From Caldisericota bacterium (GTDB lineage: Bacteria > CG03 > B21-G15), in the NCBI GenBank assembly GCA_003650255.1, contig QMOP01000001.1, positions 1 through 33,051 of the forward strand: 33,051 bases of DNA, written 5' to 3'. Of this stretch, positions 26,102 to 33,051 are shown piece by piece. Both the position numbers and the translations under genes were made by a program. The notes below the pieces were generated by a model that saw only the letters and a list, made by a program, of their open reading frames with translations, was not told the DNA's origin and ran no database searches. Position 1 is the first letter of the stretch. The number at the start of each line of letters is the position of its first letter.

Positions 26102-27446
26102 TATACTTCTTCTTATCTGCATTTTGGTTATTATTTATTTGATTTATGTAAAGGGTTTATTATGTAAGAGAATTAGAGAGATGGAGATTGAAAAAGAGAA
26201 CCTTACAGAGAGGATCAATCAGAGAGAAGATGAGATGAAAGAGTTAATTAGAGAAAAGAATCTTCTTGAAGGAACTTTAAAAGAATTTAAATTTTTCAGG
26301 AAAATATCCTTTATTTTAGCAAGCAGTATTGAAATGAAAAGAATTTTAAATATGATTATAAATGAAGTAAAGGATAGGTTTGGATATGATGAGGTTGTTA
26401 TATTTTTGAAGGAAGGGGGTCGTGAGAGTTTTTTGCCTTTTCCAGAGAATAAAGTTTTTGAGGAGAGAGTTGTTAAAAAAGTTGAGGAGTCCTATAATAC
26501 AGGAAAAGTGAATATAGATTCAGAACTTGCATTTATTCCGCTTGAATCAGAAACAGAGGTTTTGGGAGTGGTATTTGTGAAAAAAAGAGGAGAGGTTAAA
26601 GAGGAAGAGATAAGAAAACTTATGCTTTATACCTCTCATGCTGTTCTTGCTTTAAAAAATGCAAGGAAATATGAACTTGAAAGGAATTTTAGAAAACTTC
26701 TTGAAGAGGAGGTAAGAATTGCAACAGAAAAATTGAGGCGGGCACAGGAGGAGTTAATAAAAAGTGAAAGACTTGCTGCTGTTGGTGAAATGGCTTCAAT
26801 TGTTGCACACGAGATAAGAAATCCAATGAGTTTTATAAAAATATGTATTGAAAGAGTAGCAAAGTATATGAAAGAACACCCTAGAGATTATAAATATGTT
26901 GATATGCTTTTTGAGGAGATACAGAAGATAGATAGAATTTCCGAAAATATGCTTATATTTGCAAAACCTCCCAAACCTAAAATTGAAGAATTTTTTTCAA
27001 AAGAGGTTATGGAGAAAGCAAAGTTACTTGTAAATAAAACATTGAGAAAAAATAATATTAAATTGAAGATAGAAATTGAAAACGTTAAGGTAAAAGGAGA
27101 TTTAAGTCAATTGCTTCAGGTATTTTTAAATCTTTTTCAGAACTCAATTTATTTTCTTAAAGAGTATAACGAGGAAGAAGATAGAATTATTGAGATTATT
27201 GGGAATAAAGGAGAGAGTTTTTTTGAGTATATTTTTACAGATAATGGTCCAGGGATTCCTGATGAAATTAGAGGTAAAATTTTTGAACCATTTTTTACAA
27301 CAAAGGCCCAGGGAACAGGTCTTGGTCTTAGTATTTCTAAGAGACTTTTAAATGAGATGAAAGGTGATATTTTGCTTAATCAGGGTTCTGGAAAAGGAGC
27401 GACTTTTAAAATTTTATTACCATTGGGAGGGAAAGATGGCTGTTAA
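26094..27446 (+). CDS. Membrane-anchored GAF-domain sensor histidine kinase
   Basis: TTG start, an N-terminal TM segment ([15 protein letters not shown]), a coiled coil and a GAF-like region. H-box [12 protein letters not shown]-box [11 protein letters not shown]1 DNGPGIP and G2 GTGLGLSI. Confidence 0.85.
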   Translation: MINILLLICILVIIYLIYVKGLLCKRIREMEIEKENLTERINQREDEMKELIREKNLLEGTLKEFKFFRKISFILASSIEMKRILNMIINEVKDRFGYDEVVIFLKEGGRESFLPFPENKVFEERVVKKVEESYNTGKVNIDSELAFIPLESETEVLGVVFVKKRGEVKEEEIRKLMLYTSHAVLALKNARKYELERNFRKLLEEEVRIATEKLRRAQEELIKSERLAAVGEMASIVAHEIRNPMSFIKICIERVAKYMKEHPRDYKYVDMLFEEIQKIDRISENMLIFAKPPKPKIEEFFSKEVMEKAKLLVNKTLRKNNIKLKIEIENVKVKGDLSQLLQVFLNLFQNSIYFLKEYNEEEDRIIEIIGNKGESFFEYIFTDNGPGIPDEIRGKIFEPFFTTKAQGTGLGLSISKRLLNEMKGDILLNQGSGKGATFKILLPLGGKDGC

Positions 27447-28179
27447 GGTTTTATTGATTGAGGATAACAAACCTCTTTCAGAGATTCTTAAAAATTCTCT
27501 CGAAGAAGAGGGATATGAGGTTGAAACTGCTTTTACTGCTGAAGAAGGATTGGAGAAGGCAGAAAGTTTTTTGCCTGATGTTGCTGTTGTTGATGTAAAA
27601 CTTCCTCACAGAGATGGTATTTCAATTATGAATGAACTTGTTTACAGAACATTTTATCCTTTACCGATAATTGTAGTATCAGTTATAAAGAGTGAAGCGG
27701 TTGTCCATGACGCTTTTCTTTTTGGTGCATTCTCTTTCCTCAAAAAACCATTTTCTGTTGAAGAACTTATAAAAGAGATTGAAAGGGCAGTGAAAGATGT
27801 AAAGGAGAGGAAGTATAAAAGAATTCTCATTATAGAGGATGATTTGGCTTTAGCAGAGATTCTTAAAGATGAACTTGGTAAAGAAGAAAACTGGAAGGTT
27901 GAAATTGCTGAAAATCTTAAGAAAGGAAAGGATTTAATTTCTCCTGTATTAGATTTGATTATTCTTGATATGAGATTTCCAAAAGGAGAAGGGACAGAAA
28001 TCATAAAGTTTTTACAGAGTAAACCAAGGTGGATACCTGTTATAATTTTTACAGCATATAAAGAGGAGTTCTTTCCAAAGGTGAAAGATGTAGAAGGTGT
28101 TTATTTTATGGAAAAGGATGGAAAAGTTGAGGATTTGAAGGAGAAGATAAAGGAAATATTTGAAGGAGGGCAGAGATGA
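27436..28179 (+). CDS. Tandem double-receiver response regulator without output domain
   Basis: I prefer the ATG at 27436 ([21 protein letters not shown]) over the ORF-track start at 27364, which lies inside the kinase gene. REC1 has VAVVDVKLP and KKP. REC2 has RILIIEDD, LIILDMRFP and IIFTAY. Confidence 0.85.
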   Translation: MAVKVLLIEDNKPLSEILKNSLEEEGYEVETAFTAEEGLEKAESFLPDVAVVDVKLPHRDGISIMNELVYRTFYPLPIIVVSVIKSEAVVHDAFLFGAFSFLKKPFSVEELIKEIERAVKDVKERKYKRILIIEDDLALAEILKDELGKEENWKVEIAENLKKGKDLISPVLDLIILDMRFPKGEGTEIIKFLQSKPRWIPVIIFTAYKEEFFPKVKDVEGVYFMEKDGKVEDLKEKIKEIFEGGQR

Positions 28180-28742
28180 AGAGGTGGCACATAAAATTCA
28201 AAACCACAGGAGAGGAAAGAGAGAATATTACAACAGAGGATTTGGTGTCTCTTCTTATTAGAAGAGAAATTCTTGAGGACGATTATATCTGGGATGAAAG
28301 AAATTCAAAATGGAAAGAAATAGGAGAAATTGAAGATTTTAAACCATTTTTTAGAGAGAGATATCCGGAAGGAAGGAAAAAGATTTTAATAATTGAGGAT
28401 GAGGATAATTTGAGAAGTTTTCTTGTTGAACACTTTCATTCCATTGGATATGCTGTTGTAGAAGCAAGGGATGGTTTAAGTGGATTTGAGAAGGTCAGGA
28501 AGGAGAAGCCGGATTTAGTTATTCTTGATATAAGATTACCAAAAATGAGTGGTTGGGAAGTGTGTAAGAAAGTAAAGATGGATAAGAATTATAAAAACAT
28601 ACCTATTCTTATGCTTACCTCAGAAAATGAACCTGTATCAGAACTACTCGGACTTTCGCTTGGAGCAGTGGAGTATATTACAAAACCATTCAGTCTTGAA
28701 GAGCTGACAAAAAAAATAGATAAACTTGTAAACTCTAAATAA
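28176..28742 (+). CDS. GYF_2-like N-terminal domain + receiver domain response regulator (no DNA-binding output)
   Basis: ATGA overlap with the upstream gene. The N-terminal ~60 aa read WHIKFKTTGEERENITTEDLVSLLIRREILEDDYIWDERNSKWKEIGEI. REC motifs are ILIIEDED, DLVILDIRLP, LMLTS and ITKPF. Confidence 0.75.
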   Translation: MKRWHIKFKTTGEERENITTEDLVSLLIRREILEDDYIWDERNSKWKEIGEIEDFKPFFRERYPEGRKKILIIEDEDNLRSFLVEHFHSIGYAVVEARDGLSGFEKVRKEKPDLVILDIRLPKMSGWEVCKKVKMDKNYKNIPILMLTSENEPVSELLGLSLGAVEYITKPFSLEELTKKIDKLVNSK

Positions 28743-28763
28743 TTTTATTAAAATCCCTAAAAA

Positions 28764-28837
28764 GGGCGGGTAGCCCAGTTGGTGAGAGCGCTGCCCTTAC
28801 AAGGCAGAGGTCGGGAGTTCGAGTCTCCCCCCGCCCA
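28764..28837 (+). tRNA. tRNA-Val (anticodon UAC)
   Basis: 74-nt cloverleaf. Acceptor stem GGGCGGG/CCCGCCC with discriminator A. Anticodon stem CUGCC/GGCAG with loop CUUACAA. T-arm GGGAG-UUCGAGU-CUCCC. 5-nt variable loop. The D-stem GCCC/GAGC has one C-A mismatch. CCA is not encoded. Confidence 0.9.
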
Positions 28838-28847
28838 TTTTTAAGGG

Positions 28848-29396
28848 ATGAGGAGAGGAATTACAGTAATTGCAGGAAGATTTAGGGGAAGGAAACTTAA
28901 TTCTTTAAAAGATCCGATTCTAAGACCTCTTCTTGCAAGATCAAGGAAATCGCTGTTTGATATTCTTGGTAGTTTTGTTGAAGGAAAAAGTTTTTTAGAC
29001 CTTTATGCAGGAGTTGGAACAGTTGGAATAGAGGCGCTTTCTCGTGGAGCAAGTGAGGTTCATTTTGTTGAGTGTAATAAGAAGGTTTTGAGGGTTTTAA
29101 AAAAGAATATTGAAAAGTTGGAGGAGAAGAAAAGGGTGAAAGTTTTTGAGATGAGAGTTGAGGATTTTATAAGATTTTTTAAAAAAAAATATGATATAGT
29201 ATTTCTTGGACCACCATATAAAGATGGAATAAATACTGGAATTGTGGAAAAACTTGAAGAATTTTTAAATAAAAAATCTATTGTAATTTTACAGCATCAT
29301 GTAGGACAGAAACTCCCTTTAAAGATTGGAGAGAGATTGTGTTTGAAAAGAAAAAAAATTTATGGAAAAACTGCTTTGTCTTTTTACTCTTTCTGA
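28848..29396 (+). CDS. rsmD: 16S rRNA (guanine966-N2)-methyltransferase RsmD
   Basis: 182 aa. Motifs VIAGRFRGRKL, RPLLARSRKSLFDIL, the SAM motif LDLYAGVGTVGIEALSRGA, and FLGPPY (DPPY-type). Confidence 0.8.
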   Translation: MRRGITVIAGRFRGRKLNSLKDPILRPLLARSRKSLFDILGSFVEGKSFLDLYAGVGTVGIEALSRGASEVHFVECNKKVLRVLKKNIEKLEEKKRVKVFEMRVEDFIRFFKKKYDIVFLGPPYKDGINTGIVEKLEEFLNKKSIVILQHHVGQKLPLKIGERLCLKRKKIYGKTALSFYSF

Positions 29397-31825
29397 ATTC
29401 AATACTATTTTCTAAACAGTATACCGGAGTTTTAAAAAGAGATACAGTATTTAGTGGAAGGGTTGTTATAAAAGGAGACCTTGTTGTTGATAAAGGGGTT
29501 GAATTAAAAATTCTTCCTGGAACAATATGTTATTTCATAAATGAAGGAAAGGATAGTTTTACAATTAAAAAAAGGGTTAAGGATACGGAAGTTGATTTTG
29601 GCTTTGGAAAAAGAACATCATTAATTGTGAAGGGAAAACTTATTGCAGAAGGAGAAAGTGAAAATACAATTGAGTTCAGAAAAATTCCTGAAAAGGGAGG
29701 AAGATATTACTGGGGAGGAATTATTTTTGTTGAAAATTCAGAAGGAACATTAAGACATGTGGAGATAGAGGATGCTCTTGTAGGCATTGCAGGACTTGAT
29801 TCTTCAAAGATAAATTTTGAACTTTCAAAGATAGAACATTGCGGAATAGGAATGATGTTGCTTGATAATTCAACAGTAAATTTAAATGGTGTTAATGTTA
29901 CAAATTCAAGCACATCTGGAATGGAATTATATGGATATTCAAAGGCAGAGGTTGAAAGCTCTATTTTTGAAGAAAATCTCGGTAAAGCAATTCTTCTTAA
30001 TGACTTTTCTTATGTTCTTTTAAGGAATTCAAGAATTATTAGAAATAAGGTTGGTATTGCTGTTTATGATGTTGCAAAGGTTAATATGAAGGATAATGTT
30101 TTTAAGGAGAATGAAATAACATCAATTGGAATTACAGAAGAAATACCAGAAGGGGATTACACCTGGAGTGGAGTTTTAAATCTTGACCATGATATAGTAA
30201 TTCCTGAGGGTAAAACACTCATAATTGAGCCGGGAACAGTTATTTATGTTTCAACAAGAAGTGTAAGGGATTCAAGGGTTCTTAAACTTTCTGGTGGAGA
30301 AAGGGTGGATGTAAGTTTCAGGGGACTTGTTGATATAGTTATAAAGGGAGATATATGGGCTGTTGGAGAAGAGAAAAAACCAATTGTTTTTACAACAAAA
30401 AGCAAGGAAAAGGGATACTGGGGTGGAATAATTTTTGTAGGAAGAAACTCAAAGAGTAAACTTAAAAATGTTGTTATAAAAGGAGCAAAGGTAGCAATAT
30501 ATACTTGGGATGCATCAGCACCTTTGATAGAAAATACAAAAATTGTTGAAAACTATATGGGAGTTGTTGCCTGTGAAAATTCAGTTCCAATTTTAAAATT
30601 CTGTAAAATCTTTAAAAATGTATATGGAATTGCTTCTTATGATTACGCTTCTCCTTCTTTAAGAATGAGTTTTCTCGGAAGTTCATCAAAGGTGGGATTT
30701 GGAACAAGGGGAAGTTCATCTCCTTATTTATTTAAAAATGAGATAGAGAATAATGAGGTTGGAGTTGGGGTTTTTGAACATTCATCTCCTAAAATTGAAA
30801 AAAATAACATAAAGAAGAATAAATATGGAATAATTGCCCTTGATAAGTCAAAACCGAGTATTTATGAGAATATTTTTGTTAAGAATGAAAGTGGAATAAA
30901 TTTAAATGACTATACAGATGCAGTTCTTCTTAAAAATAAGTTTATATTGAATGAACTTGCTTTAAAATATGAGGTTACTTCAAATATAAAGATGGTGGAT
31001 AATTTCTTTGAAAAGAATTTTAAAGATAAAGAGATCCATGGTGGAGGAGCTTTTACTGTATCGGGTATTCTTAAGGAGAATGAACTCTGGAAAGGAGAAG
31101 TAGAACTTAAAGGAGATGTTCTTGTCCCTTCTGGAGTTACACTTTACATTGAGAATGCAAAACTATACTTTCCAGATATAACTGATTTTGACCTTGATAT
31201 AGCAAGGATAATTTCAGGTAAAAAGGAAATTATAACAAATCCGGGCTTGAGTGAAATCATAGTTGAGGGAAAGATTGTTATAAAAAATTCAAGTTTTCTT
31301 TCTAAGAAGAAATATATAAAGGAAAACCTTATTAGTGGAGGAATCTTTATTTTTGGAGAGGGAGAACTTAGTGAGGTTGAGATTTACAATTCAAAAGTTG
31401 GAATAGGTGTTCTTGGAAAGGGAGTTTCAAATTTAAACAGTATTACAATTTTTGGGGCAGATACAGGACTCCTTATTGGTGAAAATTCAAAGGTAAATGC
31501 TGAAGGAGTGAAGATTATTGACTGTAAGAAGGGAATATTTCTTTCTGATAATGCAACTTTAAAGTTTAAAAGAGGGATTCTTTCAAAAAATGGTGAAGGA
31601 ATTTTATGTTTAGATTCTTCATATCTTGATTTAAGAAACACAATCATTTCAAAAAATAAAAAAGGGATCTTGGTAAAAGATGAAGCAATTGCTATAATTG
31701 ATAAGAATGTATTTGCAAAAAATTATATGGCAGTTGAGATATTTTCTATCAGGATGCCAGAATTTAAGGAAAATAAGTTTGAAGAGAATGTTAAAACTTC
31801 TAATTTTCCTCATCTTTTTAGGTAG
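29339..31825 (+). CDS. Secreted right-handed parallel beta-helix (PbH1) repeat protein built from three ~250-300-aa modules
   Basis: GTG start with a 58-nt overlap with rsmD. Signal peptide CFVFLLFLNSILFS. Many ~22-aa PbH1-like repeats (NxxxxNxxGIxxxxxS). Three module heads each have a KGD-VV/PxGxTLxI segment followed by YWGGIIF or GGIFIF. Confidence 0.7.
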   Translation: MFEKKKNLWKNCFVFLLFLNSILFSKQYTGVLKRDTVFSGRVVIKGDLVVDKGVELKILPGTICYFINEGKDSFTIKKRVKDTEVDFGFGKRTSLIVKGKLIAEGESENTIEFRKIPEKGGRYYWGGIIFVENSEGTLRHVEIEDALVGIAGLDSSKINFELSKIEHCGIGMMLLDNSTVNLNGVNVTNSSTSGMELYGYSKAEVESSIFEENLGKAILLNDFSYVLLRNSRIIRNKVGIAVYDVAKVNMKDNVFKENEITSIGITEEIPEGDYTWSGVLNLDHDIVIPEGKTLIIEPGTVIYVSTRSVRDSRVLKLSGGERVDVSFRGLVDIVIKGDIWAVGEEKKPIVFTTKSKEKGYWGGIIFVGRNSKSKLKNVVIKGAKVAIYTWDASAPLIENTKIVENYMGVVACENSVPILKFCKIFKNVYGIASYDYASPSLRMSFLGSSSKVGFGTRGSSSPYLFKNEIENNEVGVGVFEHSSPKIEKNNIKKNKYGIIALDKSKPSIYENIFVKNESGINLNDYTDAVLLKNKFILNELALKYEVTSNIKMVDNFFEKNFKDKEIHGGGAFTVSGILKENELWKGEVELKGDVLVPSGVTLYIENAKLYFPDITDFDLDIARIISGKKEIITNPGLSEIIVEGKIVIKNSSFLSKKKYIKENLISGGIFIFGEGELSEVEIYNSKVGIGVLGKGVSNLNSITIFGADTGLLIGENSKVNAEGVKIIDCKKGIFLSDNATLKFKRGILSKNGEGILCLDSSYLDLRNTIISKNKKGILVKDEAIAIIDKNVFAKNYMAVEIFSIRMPEFKENKFEENVKTSNFPHLFR

Positions 31826-32984
31826 TTGTTCTAAAAATTATACTTCAAGCGGTAAGATTGAAACTGATGAGATCTGGAAGGGAAAAATTAAACTTAAAGG
31901 GGATGTTATTGTTGAGGAGTTAGCAACACTTAAAATTCTTGAAGGTTCAAGAATTACATATTCAAAAAAGAGTAATTTCAATACTCATTATATAAAGAGT
32001 TCTCCAATTGGGAATGTTGATGTTCTTCAGGATGATAGGATTGAGATTATTGTAAAAGGGGTTTTAAAGGTTATTGGAAAGGATGGAAAGGAGGTTATAT
32101 TTGAAGGGAAAAAACAGGCAGGTGGAATAGTATTTTTATCAGATAAAAAGGGTTCTATTATCAGGTTTGCAAAGTTTTTTAAAACTGGTGTTGCTATAAG
32201 ATGTTATGGAGAATCAAATCCAGTTATTGAGAATGTTTATATCAAAGGATCAGAACTTGGCGGAATTGGATTATGGGATACATCTAAACCTGTTATAAAA
32301 AAAGTAGAAATTGAAGATTCTCTTCATGGAATAGGTGTTTCAGATTTTTCTGAGCCAGAAATATCTTCCTGTGTAATAATGGGAATAAAGAAAGCAGGTA
32401 TATTTACAGAGGGTGACTCAAAGGCAAGGGTTTTCTCCAATAAAGTTACTGGATGTAATGTTGGAATTGCTATAGGGGATATTTCAAAACCAGAGATTTT
32501 CAAAAACAGTATTTCTGGTTGTGGAGCAGGGATTTCAATGTGGGTTAATGCTGAACCGAGAATTTATGAGAATAAGATTTTCAAAAATATTACAGGAATT
32601 GTTATTCAGGAAGAGGCAAAGCCATATATTTTTAAAAATGAGTTTTTTGAAAATGGTGGAGGGATTGGAGCAAATGATGGGGCAGAACCTGTTATAGAAG
32701 AGAATAGATTCTTTTCAAATCCAAAGTCAATAATAGCAAGCGGAGGTTCAATACTTAGAGTTTTTAGAAATATTATATCTAGTTCAAAAGTTGGAATATT
32801 TGTGGATTCCACAGCAAGGGTTTATTTGAAGGATAATAAATTTTATAATGTAATTGAGAAAACAAAGGTTTTGAATAAGGCAAAGATAATTGAAAAATTA
32901 AGTTTTTTGTTTATTATAACAGTAGGATTGAAAAGGCAAAAAAAATTTATGATAAAATTTCTATTGATAAAGCAAAGGATATAA
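31788..32984 (+). CDS. Lipoprotein, right-handed parallel beta-helix (PbH1) repeat protein (fourth module of the same type)
   Basis: I prefer the ATG at 31788 (MLKLLIFLIFLGSCSK, lipobox LGSC) over the ORF-track start at 31698, which lies inside the upstream gene. The module head is EIWKGKIKLKGDVIVEELATLKILEGSRITY followed by AGGIVFL. Repeats with GIG/GIA/GIV cores follow. The last ~30 aa are atypical and overlap the next gene. Confidence 0.65.
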   Translation: MLKLLIFLIFLGSCSKNYTSSGKIETDEIWKGKIKLKGDVIVEELATLKILEGSRITYSKKSNFNTHYIKSSPIGNVDVLQDDRIEIIVKGVLKVIGKDGKEVIFEGKKQAGGIVFLSDKKGSIIRFAKFFKTGVAIRCYGESNPVIENVYIKGSELGGIGLWDTSKPVIKKVEIEDSLHGIGVSDFSEPEISSCVIMGIKKAGIFTEGDSKARVFSNKVTGCNVGIAIGDISKPEIFKNSISGCGAGISMWVNAEPRIYENKIFKNITGIVIQEEAKPYIFKNEFFENGGGIGANDGAEPVIEENRFFSNPKSIIASGGSILRVFRNIISSSKVGIFVDSTARVYLKDNKFYNVIEKTKVLNKAKIIEKLSFLFIITVGLKRQKKFMIKFLLIKQRI

Positions 32985-33051
32985 AAAACTCAGATGCAAT
33001 TCTTATTATAGGTGGAGATGGTTCTGTTTTAAGGTTTACACCCCATATAAT
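32897..33051 (+). CDS. nadK: NAD kinase, 5' fragment running off the window
   Basis: This frame is open from 32894, after a TGA at 32891-93. It reads KIKFFVYYNSRIEKAKKIYDKISIDKAKDIKNSDAILIIGGDGSVLRF, which contains the NAD-kinase GGDG(T/S) motif at the usual distance from the N-terminus. No ATG, GTG or TTG lies in frame. ATT at 32897 is the only near-cognate candidate, so the start is uncertain. Confidence 0.55.
   Translation, partial: MKFFVYYNSRIEKAKKIYDKISIDKAKDIKNSDAILIIGGDGSVLRFTPHI

Noticed and set aside
121-28004. All minus-strand ORFs in the supplied track, for example 121-477, 1588-1803, 2651-3198, 14699-15073, 17884-18384, 23821-24167 and 27654-28004.
   Set aside because: Each lies wholly inside a longer + strand gene that has recognisable family motifs. 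Their translations are low-complexity (S/L/F/I-rich mirror images of K/E-rich genes). I saw no RBS-like sequence ahead of their starts.
29175-29358. Homopolymer tracts T6A9 (29175-29189) in rsmD and A8 (29351-29358) in the rsmD/beta-helix overlap, considered as phase-variation switches.
   Set aside because: Such runs are expected in an AT-rich, Lys-rich genome. One is inside a housekeeping gene, and both reading frames are intact as given.
1-33051. CRISPR arrays, IS elements or transposases, integrases, phage genes and toxin-antitoxin or defence genes.
   Set aside because: I saw no direct-repeat/spacer periodicity, terminal inverted repeats or recognisable recombinase or defence motifs in any frame. 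The paralogy in the window is at the diverged protein-domain level, not DNA repeats.

Overview
This is an AT-rich bacterial window whose proteins are rich in K, E and I, which suggests a thermophile. OmpA, beta-barrel and lipobox signatures point to a diderm. All ~34 credible genes are on the + strand, and most are chained by 1-14 nt start/stop overlaps. Region 39-15617 looks like a beta-glucan or oligosaccharide utilisation locus. It holds a GH94 phosphorylase, a CUT1-type ABC binding lipoprotein with two permeases, two clan GH-A enzymes with GH72-like motifs, and a GH5. It also holds a large predicted outer-membrane barrel, CBM-like lipoproteins, an orphan type IV pilin and a membrane-anchored pseudo-receiver. 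Region 15651-20480 looks like a c-di-GMP circuit. A promoter precedes a leaderless SBP-like protein that is translationally coupled to a soluble GAF-GGDEF cyclase. Two CBM-like envelope proteins follow, one of them OmpA-anchored. A well-formed GEMM-I c-di-GMP riboswitch aptamer then lies immediately 5' of a five-gene module (20497-25005). That module encodes secreted proteins of an unrecognised family and a small PorV/FadL-like barrel. Next come the ABC ATPase missing from the upstream transporter, a GAF histidine kinase and two response regulators without output domains. The 3' end is housekeeping or mixed: tRNA-Val(UAC), rsmD, two modular parallel beta-helix proteins and the 5' end of an NAD kinase. 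I saw no CRISPR array, IS element, integrase or rRNA. Headline hypothesis: a self-contained sugar-sensing to c-di-GMP to riboswitch circuit controls a previously undescribed surface adhesin or fibre module inside a glycan utilisation locus. All family calls rest on motif recognition by eye and need HMM and structure searches.
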